NCBI GenBank assembly: GCA_903861145.1
Contig: CAIOTH010000106.1
Span: 8,442 to 72,441 of the forward strand
Direction: 5' to 3'
DNA: 64,000 nt
Origin: an uncultured Bacteroidota bacterium
GTDB taxonomy: Bacteria > Bacteroidota > Bacteroidia > Chitinophagales > LD1
Position 1 is the stretch's first letter. The number at the start of each line of letters is the position of its first letter. Under the pieces are notes generated by a model. The model searched no databases. It was not told where the DNA came from and saw only the letters and a program-made list of their open reading frames with translations. Below are positions 49,068-59,069 of this stretch, piece by piece. The position numbers and the translations under genes were made by a program.

Positions 49068-49421
49068 TTATTTAGGCTGAGGAGCAGGCTGGCCTTGTGT
49101 TGGTGCTGCCGGAGTGCTTGGAATACCACCCGAAAACGGCTTCTGCATTTGCTCAATCTCTGACTTAGGAAGGGCTTCTTTGGTAGTAGCCACTTTTTTA
49201 CCTACAAAAAAGGTAGTTGAAAGGCAAAGGAAGATTAATGCGAAAGCAAGTCCCCAGGTTAATTTTTCTACCACATCAGTCGAGCGACGGGCACCAAGCA
49301 ATTGCTGGCCTACACCACCAAATGAAGCGCTTAAGCCACCGCCTTTAGGATTTTGAATTAAAACTACTGCTCCTAAAAGCACGCAAACTACTATTATCAG
49401 GATGGTTACAAATACGTACAT
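49068..49421 (-). CDS. secG: Preprotein translocase subunit SecG
   Basis: VLIQNPKGGGL...VEKLTW, two TM helices. Confidence 0.93.
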   Translation of the reverse strand: MYVFVTILIIVVCVLLGAVVLIQNPKGGGLSASFGGVGQQLLGARRSTDVVEKLTWGLAFALIFLCLSTTFFVGKKVATTKEALPKSEIEQMQKPFSGGIPSTPAAPTQGQPAPQPK

Positions 49422-49422
49422 G

Positions 49423-50490
49423 TTAAACGATGTTTTTTAAATAATTGATTCGGGCGGCAAATAAACTACTTTTTTCGGGAAATTTCAAAGTAAGTGCCTC
49501 ATAGGTCTTAATTGCCTTGGCGTATTTCTTCTGCATTTCGTATACTTTGGCCATAGTTTCGGTGGCAGGCTCGGTATTTGCGTCACTTTCAACCACTTGT
49601 TTTTTAATTTCGGGCTGCTTGTGTTTTTGGATTTGCTCTTCAATAAACCGCTCCAACCCCTTGGCGTAGGTGGTTTCTTCTTTAACTAATTCATGCAAAT
49701 AGTCAATCGATATATTGGCTGTATACAATTCGGTAAGTTCCTCCTCTTCGGCTACAACTTCCTCTTGCGGAACAACCGGCGTTTCCTTCTCTTCGGGCGC
49801 TGCTTTGTTATTAAATGCCTTTAACCATTCGTCAAAAGTATGCGGTTGAATGCGTGAGAACACCTCAACCGGTGTTTCCTCCATCAGGCTTGTTTCTTCC
49901 AGCGCAGGCTCCTCGGTTTCCTTGGTTATGGCTTCAATTCCTTCATCACTTCTTACTTCAATTGTTTCAGCCTGGGTAATTTCAATGAGTGGTTCTTGCT
50001 TTTCCTCAACCGGTTGTTCGGTGTAGGATGTCAATTCTTTCGACGTCTTTTCAATTTCAGCCAGCAAGGTTTTTAAATCATACTGGTTTGTGATTTCTTC
50101 TTTAACAGGCTCAACCAGGGTAACAGGTTCTTTTTGATATGAAATAGTTTCAACAATGACTTCAGGGGCTATTACTGAACCTATCTCTACCGGGTTGCTG
50201 ATTTCTGCTATTGGTTCAACCTTTGCTGTAATGACGACTTCCGGAGTGATTGGGGCAGTTGCATTTTTCTCATTAAACAGCGTGTATAACAATTCACGGT
50301 CTTGTATGTAAAGGGCCGCCAGTTGTAATTGTTGGTCGAATTTGGGACTGTTTTCCTGCTGGTATTTTTTTGCAAGTAGAACATGGGCTTGTTGGAAATA
50401 CGGAAACTTTTCAATCATACCTTCCAACTCAGATGTACTGAATTGATTAAGCATGTGCTGAAAGTTCTCTGTATTAATTTGCTGCAACAT
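49423..50490 (-). CDS. Conserved hypothetical protein with acidic linker and C-terminal TPR
   Basis: KFPYFQ N-terminus, TETMAKVY...LKFPEKS C-terminus, located between lptE and secG. Confidence 0.75.
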   Translation of the reverse strand: MLQQINTENFQHMLNQFSTSELEGMIEKFPYFQQAHVLLAKKYQQENSPKFDQQLQLAALYIQDRELLYTLFNEKNATAPITPEVVITAKVEPIAEISNPVEIGSVIAPEVIVETISYQKEPVTLVEPVKEEITNQYDLKTLLAEIEKTSKELTSYTEQPVEEKQEPLIEITQAETIEVRSDEGIEAITKETEEPALEETSLMEETPVEVFSRIQPHTFDEWLKAFNNKAAPEEKETPVVPQEEVVAEEEELTELYTANISIDYLHELVKEETTYAKGLERFIEEQIQKHKQPEIKKQVVESDANTEPATETMAKVYEMQKKYAKAIKTYEALTLKFPEKSSLFAARINYLKNIV

Positions 50491-50502
50491 CTTTAAACCC
50501 GA

Positions 50503-51012
50503 TTACCACTTTACTAGTGCCTTCTGAAAAATATCATCCATTAACTGGTTGCCAATTTCGTTTACCAATTGGTCTTCAACCGTAGTGATGTTAGTGCTTG
50601 ATGAATACTGCGCATAACGCGTAAACGTTTCCGACCACTTATCCTTATCATTTTTGGTATTCACAAAATCTATTTGCAAGGTAATGGTTAATTTATTTAA
50701 TCCGCTGGTGGTGCCGGCTACCGGGGCATCGCTGGTAAAAGTGTAGCCGGTAATTGCGCCCTTTAGCTGTAAATCACCATCGTTGCTAACCTGCTTTAAG
50801 TTAGCTTCTGCCTGAAACTTGGCTTTTATTTTATCTGTCATAACCATGGCCAATGAGGCCGGGCCGTTGTTTGCCCTGTTTTGCAAAAGCTCTACCGAAA
50901 AGTTATGGATATCGGTGGGAATGTTAGCGCCGGTAAACGAGTAAACCTTGCACGACGATTGGCTGCAAACAAGCACACAAAACATTAAAATAATGGAACC
51001 CAGTTTTTTCAT
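50503..51012 (-). CDS. lptE: LPS assembly lipoprotein LptE family
   Basis: Lipoprotein signal ending SSC, then YSFTGANI, DLQLKGAITGY, DIFQKALVKW. Confidence 0.8.
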   Translation of the reverse strand: MKKLGSIILMFCVLVCSQSSCKVYSFTGANIPTDIHNFSVELLQNRANNGPASLAMVMTDKIKAKFQAEANLKQVSNDGDLQLKGAITGYTFTSDAPVAGTTSGLNKLTITLQIDFVNTKNDKDKWSETFTRYAQYSSSTNITTVEDQLVNEIGNQLMDDIFQKALVKW

Positions 51013-51028
51013 GAATGCTAAACCCGCT

Positions 51029-52255
51029 TTATAACTCAATACCGTACTCCTTTATCTTGCGATATAAAGTCCTTTCAGAAATACCCAAATCAGTAGCCGC
51101 GTCTTTACGCTTGTTCCTGTGTTTTCTCAACGACTTAATAATTAGCTCTCGCTCCTTATCCGCAATCGAAAGTGATTCCTCAATTGTTTCCGAGTCGTCA
51201 TAAGCTTTCTTATCCTGCAACAACACCGGTTGATTTACGGGATGAGTTATCATTAACGGTTTTTCAATCGGTGTATTGTTTGAAATAGGCTCGCGGTAAA
51301 TAGGCATTGCATCGCCGTTTACCTGGTGCTTGGTTATATCGTAAACAAATTGCTTTAGGTCGTTTAGGTCTTTCTTTAAATCGAAAATCAATTTGTAAAG
51401 AATCTCCCTTTCTGTAAAGCCACTTCCCCCACTCTCGTACCTATGTTCAGCAAGGGCTGGTAGGCGGTTATCGGTAATATCCGGTACAATCGCTTTTAAC
51501 TCGGTAGCCGAAACATCCTTTTCCATAGCCAAAATGGAAACCTGCTCAGCCACATTTTTAAGTTGCCTTACGTTGCCCGGCCAAGGGTACTTTAGTATCA
51601 ATTCCTTGGCATCATCAGTAAGTTTAACCGGTTGTATCTTATTTCTTTCGGCAAAGTCAATACCGAATTTGCGGAAGAGAAGGTAAATATCTTCACCGCG
51701 TTCGCGCAACGGTGGTATGTAAATAGGCACCGTTGAAAGCCTGTAATAAAGATCCTCTCTAAACTTGCCCGCGCGCACCGCTTCCTGCAGGTTAACGTTG
51801 GTGGCGGCTATTAAGCGCACATCGGTTTTTATAACCTTCGATGAACCAACCCTAATGTATTCGCCCGATTCTAAAACTCGCAGCAAACGTGCTTGTGTGC
51901 CCAAAGGCAACTCTCCAATTTCATCTAAAAATATAGTGCCGCCGTTTACGCTTTCAAAGTACCCTTTGCGCGCCTCGTGCGCACCCGTAAACGAACCCTT
52001 TTCGTGGCCGAATAATTCCGAGTCAATAGTCCCTTCGGGTATAGCCCCGCAGTTAACTGCAATAAAGGGGTTATGCTTACGCACGCCCAGCTGATGTATA
52101 ATGTGCGAAAAGACCTCTTTACCAACCCCACTTTCACCGGTAATCAAAACGGTAAGGCTGGTACCGGCAACACGCTCTGCTATGCTTATGGCGTGGTTTA
52201 ATGCGGGGGCATTACCAATAATACCGAACCTGTTTTTTATACTTTGTATCTCCAT
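51029..52255 (-). CDS. Sigma-54 interaction domain Fis-family regulator
   Basis: GESGVGKE, ELFGHEKGSFTGA, FLDEIGE, FREDLYYRL, WPGNVRQL, C-terminal HTH. Confidence 0.93.
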   Translation of the reverse strand: MEIQSIKNRFGIIGNAPALNHAISIAERVAGTSLTVLITGESGVGKEVFSHIIHQLGVRKHNPFIAVNCGAIPEGTIDSELFGHEKGSFTGAHEARKGYFESVNGGTIFLDEIGELPLGTQARLLRVLESGEYIRVGSSKVIKTDVRLIAATNVNLQEAVRAGKFREDLYYRLSTVPIYIPPLRERGEDIYLLFRKFGIDFAERNKIQPVKLTDDAKELILKYPWPGNVRQLKNVAEQVSILAMEKDVSATELKAIVPDITDNRLPALAEHRYESGGSGFTEREILYKLIFDLKKDLNDLKQFVYDITKHQVNGDAMPIYREPISNNTPIEKPLMITHPVNQPVLLQDKKAYDDSETIEESLSIADKERELIIKSLRKHRNKRKDAATDLGISERTLYRKIKEYGIEL

Positions 52256-52260
52256 CTTTA

Positions 52261-52332
52261 TTTGCTTTGTGCTATGTGCCTTGAGCTTCGAGCTTAATGC
52301 TCATAACTCACAGCTCATAGCTCATGACTCAA
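52261..52332. repeat. Palindrome of five plus five tandem heptamers
   Basis: TTTGCTT TGTGCTA TGTGCCT TGAGCTT CGAGCTT, then TGCTCAT AACTCAC AGCTCAT AGCTCAT GACTCAA. Confidence 0.8.
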
Positions 52333-53803
52333 CCCGTCCTATCAACGTTCCCGAAGTGCAACTTGTTACCAGCACGTTTGCATAAGTGCCCGTTTTTAAA
52401 TCGCCTTTAGGAAACACAATTACTTTGTTTTGAGTATTGCGCCCGTATAATTCCATATCATTCCGGGCAGAAATTCCTTCAATAAGTACTTCAAAAACCT
52501 TACCCACATCCTGTTTGTTCGATTCGAGCGAGTGAATACGGTGTATATCAACTATCTCCTGCAAGCGGCGCTTCTTTACTTCTTCGGGCACATCATCCTT
52601 ATATTTTTTAGCGGCTAAAGTGCCCGGGCGCTCGCTATAAACAAACATATAGGCCAGGGTGTACTTTACATATTCCATCATACTAACAGTATCCTGGTGT
52701 TCCTCTTCCGTTTCCGAACAAAAGCCTGAAATGATATCGGTTGAAATTGCTGCTTCGGGCACTATGCGCTTGATAGCTTCAATACGCTGTATATACCATG
52801 CGCGGTCGTACGTGCGGTTCATCATTTCAAGTATATGGCTATTGCCCGATTGAACCGGCAGGTGCACATACTTGCAAATGTTATGGTACTTCGCCATCAT
52901 GTGCAGCACATCGTCCGTCATATCTTTAGGGTGCGAGGTGCTAAAACGCACACGTAAATCGGGCGCTACCAAGGCAACTTTTTCTAACAGCTGAGCAAAG
53001 TTTACTACGCTATCATCATACTTGGCTTCTAACAATTTCTTGCCAACTAAAGTTGGGTCGGTTGAGTAGCGGTACGAGTCAACATTCTGCCCCAATAGGG
53101 TTACTTCGCGGTAGCCCTGCTCGTATAATTCTTTAGCTTCGGCAATAATGCTTTGCCAATCGCGGCTACGCTCGCGGCCACGGGTAAAAGGCACCACGCA
53201 AAACGCGCACATGTTATCGCAACCACGCATAATGCTTATAAAAGCGGTTATGCCATTGCTGTTTAAACGCACCGGGTTTATTTCGGCATAGGTTTCTTCG
53301 CGCGATAAAAGCACGTTAACTGCCTTTTGGCCACTGCCTGCCTCTTCAATCAAATCCGGTAACGAGCGGTAAGCATCGGGGCCTGCAACTATGTCTACAA
53401 TCTTTTCCTCCTCTAAAAACTTCTCTTTTAAACGCTCGGCCATACAGCCTAACACCCCAACCAATGCTCCCTTCTTGCGCTTCTTTACTCCCCTAAAATG
53501 CTGTAACCTGAAACGTATACGCTGCTCGGCATTTTCGCGGATGGCGCAGGTGTTTAGCAATATCAGGTCCGCATCCATAAACTCCGTAGTCGAATCAAAA
53601 CCTGCCCCTGCAAGAATAGATGCTACTACCTCGCTATCGGCAAAGTTCATTTGGCAACCGTAACTCTCAATATAGAATTTTTTGCCATTGGCTTTTACGC
53701 TTTTGGGGCGCTCGGCGGTAAGGGTTTCCCCCTGGCGTGTTTCGTCAATAACTTTGGTTTGAAGTTCGAAGGCAACCTCATTATTATATAACTGCTCGCT
53801 CAT
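52322..53803 (-). CDS. miaB: tRNA-2-methylthio-N6-isopentenyladenosine synthase
   Basis: [24 protein letters not shown]-terminal TRAM domain. Confidence 0.97.
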   Translation of the reverse strand: MSEQLYNNEVAFELQTKVIDETRQGETLTAERPKSVKANGKKFYIESYGCQMNFADSEVVASILAGAGFDSTTEFMDADLILLNTCAIRENAEQRIRFRLQHFRGVKKRKKGALVGVLGCMAERLKEKFLEEEKIVDIVAGPDAYRSLPDLIEEAGSGQKAVNVLLSREETYAEINPVRLNSNGITAFISIMRGCDNMCAFCVVPFTRGRERSRDWQSIIAEAKELYEQGYREVTLLGQNVDSYRYSTDPTLVGKKLLEAKYDDSVVNFAQLLEKVALVAPDLRVRFSTSHPKDMTDDVLHMMAKYHNICKYVHLPVQSGNSHILEMMNRTYDRAWYIQRIEAIKRIVPEAAISTDIISGFCSETEEEHQDTVSMMEYVKYTLAYMFVYSERPGTLAAKKYKDDVPEEVKKRRLQEIVDIHRIHSLESNKQDVGKVFEVLIEGISARNDMELYGRNTQNKVIVFPKGDLKTGTYANVLVTSCTSGTLIGRVES

Positions 53804-53820
53804 TTTATAAAATTGGCCCG

Positions 53821-53828
53821 CAAAGATA
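53821..53828 (-). promoter_or_regulatory. -7 promoter element of miaB
   Basis: TATCTTTG on the minus strand 18 nt before the ATG. Confidence 0.6.
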
Positions 53829-53884
53829 AGCTTTTACCTGACAGACTGGCAGGATTTAGGGGATTTTGTAAGCCTGCATATGAG

Positions 53885-53912
53885 GTTTGCCGACTCTTTA
53901 AAAGTTGTAAAC
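53885..53912. repeat. REP-like palindrome (ACTTT-AAAGT family), degenerate
   Basis: GTTTGCCGACTCTTTAAAAGTTGTAAAC, similar to 54541-54571. Confidence 0.55.
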
Positions 53913-53918
53913 TCAGAT

Positions 53919-53984
53919 AGGGGGGTCTCATTTTAAAATACATATAATTGACTATCAGGTATTTAGTAAAACAGGGGGGTCTCA
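53919..53984. repeat. G-box/IHF-consensus module, copy 3 (opposite orientation)
   Basis: Exact AGGGGGGTCTCA at 53919 and 53973, with TATCAGGTATTTA at 53953-53965. Confidence 0.8.
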
Positions 53985-54071
53985 AAATGGTAACTCGCTC
54001 CATTTTAACCTCCTCAAAAAGCAGAAAGGGGAATCATGTCGCCAAATAAATAGATTTATTTTACCTCAAAT

Positions 54072-54542
54072 ATGGAACCCCGAATAATCACTCTTCCTGA
54101 AAAGAAACTAATCGGCAAACGCCTTAAAATGACCTTTGCCAATAACCGCACTTTCGAACTCTTCCGCAGTTTTATGCCCGCCCGAAAGGCGATAACAAAT
54201 ACCGTGGGCACAGATGTATTCTGTGTTCAGGTATATCCCGGTATTCCCGATTTTAAGCAGGATATTGAGTTTGAAAAATGGGCAGCTATTGAGGTTTCAG
54301 ATTTCAATAACATACCCGATGGTATGGAAGCCCACACTTTAAAAGGTGGGCTATATGCAGTTTTTCATTACGTGGGCTCCTCAACCGACTTGCGCATCTT
54401 CGATTATATCTTCCAAACCTGGTTACCCAATTCAACCTACCAACTTGACGCAAGAGAACACTTTGAAATTTTGGGTGAGAAATACAAAAACAACGACCCC
54501 GCTTCGGAAGAGGAGATTTGGGTGCCGGTGAAGATGAAGTGA
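54072..54542 (+). CDS. GyrI-like small-molecule-binding protein
   Basis: KWAAIEV, GGLYAVFHY, WLPNS, EEEIWVPV. Confidence 0.88.
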   Translation: MEPRIITLPEKKLIGKRLKMTFANNRTFELFRSFMPARKAITNTVGTDVFCVQVYPGIPDFKQDIEFEKWAAIEVSDFNNIPDGMEAHTLKGGLYAVFHYVGSSTDLRIFDYIFQTWLPNSTYQLDAREHFEILGEKYKNNDPASEEEIWVPVKMK

Positions 54543-54571
54543 TTTAGCAACTTTTAAAAAGTTGTCAAATC
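54541..54571. repeat. REP-like palindrome (ACTTT-AAAGT family)
   Basis: GATTTAGCAACTTTT-A-AAAAGTTGTCAAATC overlapping the stop codon. Confidence 0.65.
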
Positions 54572-54693
54572 TTGTCCCCACAAGGCCATTGTCTTATTTT
54601 CCCCCAATGATGGTTCACTAATTTCATCCATTTAAAATTGGTTGATATTTAATAGGCGCTAATTTCACCAAGCGATAACCAAACCCACCACTC

Positions 54694-56949
54694 ATGAAAA
54701 AAGTATCCTTGTTAACCCTGGCCGTAATGTTTGGCCTTTGTAACCTGCTAACGGCAGCAAACATTACCGAGCAAAGCGCGAAAACCGTGGCTATTAACTT
54801 TTACAAGTTAAATGCCCACAATATCGACTCAAGAACAGCAGTTACTGCCATCTTGAAGTTCACCAAAACAGAAGAGGATGGAACTATTGATTTTTATGCC
54901 TTCGATATTAACCCTAAAGGCTTTGTAATTGTAACCGCCGATGATAACATCGAACCGGTTATAGCGTATTCAACCGAGTCGTATTTTAATGCAAATCCGC
55001 GCGGTCATGTTGGTGTTAGCTACTGGATGAACCAAACTGCCGCCAAGGTTGTACATGCCAAAACCGAAGGCCTTATAGCCGATGCGCGCATTACCAATTT
55101 ATGGTCGGCTTACCAAAATGGTCAAAACCCGGGCATTAATAAAGCCACTACTGTCGGCCCTTTAACCACCAGCACCTGGGACCAGGAAAATGATCTGAGC
55201 AATCCTCCACCTTATATATATAACCTGTACTGTCCTTTCAATACTACCGATAACCAACGTGCGGTAACAGGTTGCGTAGCAACTGCCATGGCGCAGATTA
55301 TGTATTACTGGAAATATCCTGCAACCGGTAGCGGTTCTTACTCTTATAGCTATACCAACCCCACCACGGGCGATGTTTACAATTACGGCACCATGTCGGC
55401 TAATTTTGGGGCAACAACTTATGCCTGGGCTAACATGCCTAATGCACTTACTTTAACTACCACCGGTGCGCAGGATTCAGCAGTTGATTTACTTTCATAC
55501 CACACCGGCGTTTCAGTAGCTATGGAATATGGCGACGATAAACAAGGCGGTAGCGGGGCATGGGTGTTACAGAATGACGCAGGTACAGGCAATCCATGTG
55601 CACAGCATTCGTACGTTACTTATTTTGGTTACAATCCAAGTACCATACAGGGTGTTTATGCCAGTAGCTATACTACGGCAGCATGGGCTACTTTATTAGA
55701 GAATGAATTGAACGCAAGCCGCGTTATTGAATATGCCGGTTATGAAACAAACGGCGGTGGGCACACATGGGTTTGCGATGGTTACGAAACCAGCCCTTCA
55801 ACCATGTTCCACATGAACTGGGGGTGGCAGGGTATTGATAACGGTTACTACGCCATTGGTGCGTTAAACCCAAGTCCATACGCATTTAATAGCAATGACG
55901 AGGCATTAATAGGTATACAACCTAACAACGTTGCAAGCTGTGGCGTGCCAACAGGCTCAACTGCAGGAGGCATTACTAACACCGGTGCAACCCTTACCTG
56001 GACCGTTGTTAGCGGAGCCGTTAGCTACAGTTTAGAGTGGAAAGCATCATCTGCTAGTACCTGGACTACTGTTACGGGTTTAACTTCGCCAACTTATACA
56101 TTAGCAGGCCTTACAGCCTGCACCACTTACCAGTTTGCAGTAAATGCAACATGCAGCAGCGCTACAAGTGCTTATAGCAGCGCAGCTTCATTTACCACTA
56201 CTGGTTGTGTAGCACCTACTTATTGCGCTTCAACAGGCACCACTACGGCCAGAGAATATATCAAGAACGTTAAACTTGGAACTATTAATACAACCACAGC
56301 ATCAGGTACTGCCGGTTATATTAATAACACGGCCACCAGTACTACCCTTGCCGCTGGTTCAACTTATACGATCAGTTTAACACCGGGTTTTGTTGGCTCA
56401 TCCCGTCAGGAGTACTTTACGGTTTATATTGATTATAACCAGAGCGGTGTATTTACCGAAGCCGGCGAAATAGTGGCTGAAGCTAACGGGCGGTCTGCGG
56501 TAAGCAAATCCTTCCGTGTTCCTACTACATCAAAAAGTGGCACTACCCGCATGCGCATACAAATGCAGTATAACAGCTACGAAACTAATTCGTGCGCTAC
56601 ATTTGCTAACGGGCAAGTACAAGACTTTACAGTAAATATTACCGGCGGCACAGGAGCTGAACTAGGCGATAATATGGCTATAGAAAACGTTAGCGGAAAC
56701 CAGATAATGCTATACCCTAACCCTGCTCAAAATAACGTAACGGTGCAATTTGCCAGCGATAATGAGGGCTCTGTAAAAATGAACGTGTATAACATTACAG
56801 GTCAAAAAGTAATTGCTCAAGAGAATCCTTCTTCAATAGGACAGAATACTCAAAGCATCAATACTCAGTTATTATCAAACGGCGTTTATATTTTCGAAAT
56901 CGAAAAAAACGGTGTTTTACAACGCCAAAAATTCATAATCAGCAAATAA
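54694..56949 (+). CDS. C10 family (streptopain-like) cysteine protease with Fn3, GEVED and T9SS type A domains
   Basis: Propeptide, TGCVATAMAQ, GGHTWVCDG, HMNWGW, YIDYNQSG, GQVQDF, LYPNPA. Confidence 0.92.
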   Translation: MKKVSLLTLAVMFGLCNLLTAANITEQSAKTVAINFYKLNAHNIDSRTAVTAILKFTKTEEDGTIDFYAFDINPKGFVIVTADDNIEPVIAYSTESYFNANPRGHVGVSYWMNQTAAKVVHAKTEGLIADARITNLWSAYQNGQNPGINKATTVGPLTTSTWDQENDLSNPPPYIYNLYCPFNTTDNQRAVTGCVATAMAQIMYYWKYPATGSGSYSYSYTNPTTGDVYNYGTMSANFGATTYAWANMPNALTLTTTGAQDSAVDLLSYHTGVSVAMEYGDDKQGGSGAWVLQNDAGTGNPCAQHSYVTYFGYNPSTIQGVYASSYTTAAWATLLENELNASRVIEYAGYETNGGGHTWVCDGYETSPSTMFHMNWGWQGIDNGYYAIGALNPSPYAFNSNDEALIGIQPNNVASCGVPTGSTAGGITNTGATLTWTVVSGAVSYSLEWKASSASTWTTVTGLTSPTYTLAGLTACTTYQFAVNATCSSATSAYSSAASFTTTGCVAPTYCASTGTTTAREYIKNVKLGTINTTTASGTAGYINNTATSTTLAAGSTYTISLTPGFVGSSRQEYFTVYIDYNQSGVFTEAGEIVAEANGRSAVSKSFRVPTTSKSGTTRMRIQMQYNSYETNSCATFANGQVQDFTVNITGGTGAELGDNMAIENVSGNQIMLYPNPAQNNVTVQFASDNEGSVKMNVYNITGQKVIAQENPSSIGQNTQSINTQLLSNGVYIFEIEKNGVLQRQKFIISK

Positions 56950-56976
56950 GTTCGGGGGAACTATTCAATTAAAATT

Positions 56977-57013
56977 CCGCATAGTGGCTTTGCCCGCTAT
57001 GCGGTTTTTTTTT
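56977..57013 (+). terminator. Intrinsic terminator
   Basis: CCGCATAGTGG / CCGCTATGCGG hairpin followed by T9. Confidence 0.85.
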
Positions 57014-57118
57014 ATTTAGGAAGGTAGGGGTGATGATATAATTTGCGCCTTAGCATTTATTGTATTTCTCGGCTGTTAACTCTGTATTTTACTCCGTGCG
57101 AAATGTATCCGAAGAGAT

Positions 57119-58003
57119 TTAATGTATCGTCGATATCTGCTTTACAGTATTAAACCCAAATAGTATTTGCGGCTCGTCGTAATCATAAAACGAGAAGTAA
57201 ACGTATACCGTTTTTTGCTCGCCATCGGCATTGGTAAAAATCATTTGATAGCGGTCTAACAAAGCCAAGCCCTTGGGTGCATTATCAGATTTGTAACCAC
57301 AGCATGTCCCTATCTTTTCGTAATGCACCGGTTTACCCTTTGCATCGCGGAGCAATTCCAGGTAAGCCCGCTCATTGGCGGTACCACCATCAGGGCCATT
57401 GCCCACTTTAACCGGGTGGTCAGATGAAAAACCATAAAGCCTGTTGGCCGAAGTTTTAGTGAGCCATACTACCGGGTGTAGTTCTCCGCGCTTTGCAATG
57501 TTGAGGCACGCATTAACGCGTTCGTCGGCTTTGGCAAAGGTCAGTTCTTTGGCTTTAATAAAATCATTGCAGGCCATATCCATTTTATCAAATAGCTCGT
57601 ACACTAAACCGCGGTCATAATAAGCTTCGCCGTAAGCACTATCCAGTTGTATGGCTCTAGCATAATCAAGGATGGCACCACCATAATCCGTCAGGTGACG
57701 TTTCGCCGTGCCTCGGTTCAGATATGCTTTTTTATAAGCAGGGTTAAGTTTAATAGTTTGCTCAAGGTCAACCAGTGCATCTTCATAATGCCCCATCATG
57801 GTTTTAACTATGGCCCTGTTATACCAGGCCACATACTCATCACCCTTAATCGAAATAGACTTATCAAACAACTCAAGTGCCCTCTCAAGATCGCCGGCTT
57901 CAGCTTTTTCCAAACCTTGCTTGTAATAAAACTCACCATTCTCCTGCGCCATAACCGACAAGCAAACAGAAAGGCCAAATAGTACACTTATAAATTTACT
58001 CAT
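57119..58003 (-). CDS. Secreted TPR protein with uncharacterised C-terminal domain
   Basis: Signal peptide, four TPRs, then YGFS..HPVKVG...NERAYL...GTCC...LLDRY. Confidence 0.75.
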   Translation of the reverse strand: MSKFISVLFGLSVCLSVMAQENGEFYYKQGLEKAEAGDLERALELFDKSISIKGDEYVAWYNRAIVKTMMGHYEDALVDLEQTIKLNPAYKKAYLNRGTAKRHLTDYGGAILDYARAIQLDSAYGEAYYDRGLVYELFDKMDMACNDFIKAKELTFAKADERVNACLNIAKRGELHPVVWLTKTSANRLYGFSSDHPVKVGNGPDGGTANERAYLELLRDAKGKPVHYEKIGTCCGYKSDNAPKGLALLDRYQMIFTNADGEQKTVYVYFSFYDYDEPQILFGFNTVKQISTIH

Positions 58004-58111
58004 AATGAATTGCGCAATAACGGATATACAGTTCCGAAAGTATCAGAACCAAACGAAATGCAACCTCATTTTTAGATTATTTTGAAAAATTGGCAGTAAA
58101 AAGGCAACAGA

Positions 58112-59068
58112 TTAAAACCTTGGTGCAGCGCCGACGCCTCTCCAAATGCGGCTGCTTTTAATAATGTTAAAGCTCAGGCTTACTTCGTGAGTTCCGCCAA
58201 CTTGCTGCGTGTAACCAGTGGTGTTCAGGTCGTAAGCATAGCTAAGTTTAAATACGTCTTTTACATTAAAACCGCCTTCAAAAACTACCTGGTTTAAAGT
58301 GCGGTAATTAACGCCAACCCAAACCATATTTTTGGCAGTAAAGCGCAAACCTATATCGCCCTGCGGCGGTGCACCTTTTTGATACCTGAAATCTGCAACA
58401 GGGTCTATGCTTAACTTACCCCTGTTAAACGATATTTTGCCGCCCACTAAAAAGTTAAGCTGCTGTTCGGTTTTTATAGCAGCCGTGCCGTCTTTACTTT
58501 GGTAATTAATATTGAGGCCCATAATTTGGGGCACCGAGAAACCCGCAAAAAAGTCCTCCTTGTACTTATAATAAATACCAAACGATGCATCAGGAAAAAT
58601 CTTAGTGCCATTAGCAACTATCAACTGAGGGTCGCCGGGATTGGTGGGTTGCAATTCACTTCCATTCAACCGGTATTGAACTATAGTTACTGAAGCTCCG
58701 AAACTTAAAATATGGTCAGGGTCGGCATTGTTGTATTTCTTTTTAATAGGCAGGTTATAAGCAAAGGCTAAGTTGGCCCCTGTTTTAGCTGTAGGCCCGG
58801 TAACATCATCAACCAGGTAACCACCTAATCCAATGTTTTTTGAAAGCACCATTCCATTCATGGCAAGCACAGCGGTATAAGGCGATTGGTTTATTTGTAA
58901 AAACTCTTTGCGGAACGTGGCAACACCATGTATCCAACCCTCTGTACCTGCAACCGCAGGGTTAAGTATAAAAGCATTCTCGCGCAACAACGAAAAGTCC
59001 TCAATCTGCTGTCCATAAACAGCAGAAGAAAGCATAAGCATAAGCACAAAAAGTAACTGGTTCTTCAT
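58112..59068 (-). CDS. PorP/SprF family T9SS membrane protein
   Basis: LNPAVAG, SPYT, GLGGYLVDD..GP, LSYAYD, GTHEVSL, directly after a type B substrate. Confidence 0.92.
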   Translation of the reverse strand: MKNQLLFVLMLMLSSAVYGQQIEDFSLLRENAFILNPAVAGTEGWIHGVATFRKEFLQINQSPYTAVLAMNGMVLSKNIGLGGYLVDDVTGPTAKTGANLAFAYNLPIKKKYNNADPDHILSFGASVTIVQYRLNGSELQPTNPGDPQLIVANGTKIFPDASFGIYYKYKEDFFAGFSVPQIMGLNINYQSKDGTAAIKTEQQLNFLVGGKISFNRGKLSIDPVADFRYQKGAPPQGDIGLRFTAKNMVWVGVNYRTLNQVVFEGGFNVKDVFKLSYAYDLNTTGYTQQVGGTHEVSLSFNIIKSSRIWRGVGAAPRF

Positions 59069-59069
59069 T

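Noticed and set aside
53800-54003. 67-aa ORF overlapping the miaB start
   Set aside because: It spans the miaB promoter and repeat modules, and its RPP repeats derive from the G boxes.
48000-56000. Apparent change from G-rich to C-rich plus strand as a replication terminus
   Set aside because: Confounded by gene orientation, not quantifiable by eye, and no dif-like site was recognised.
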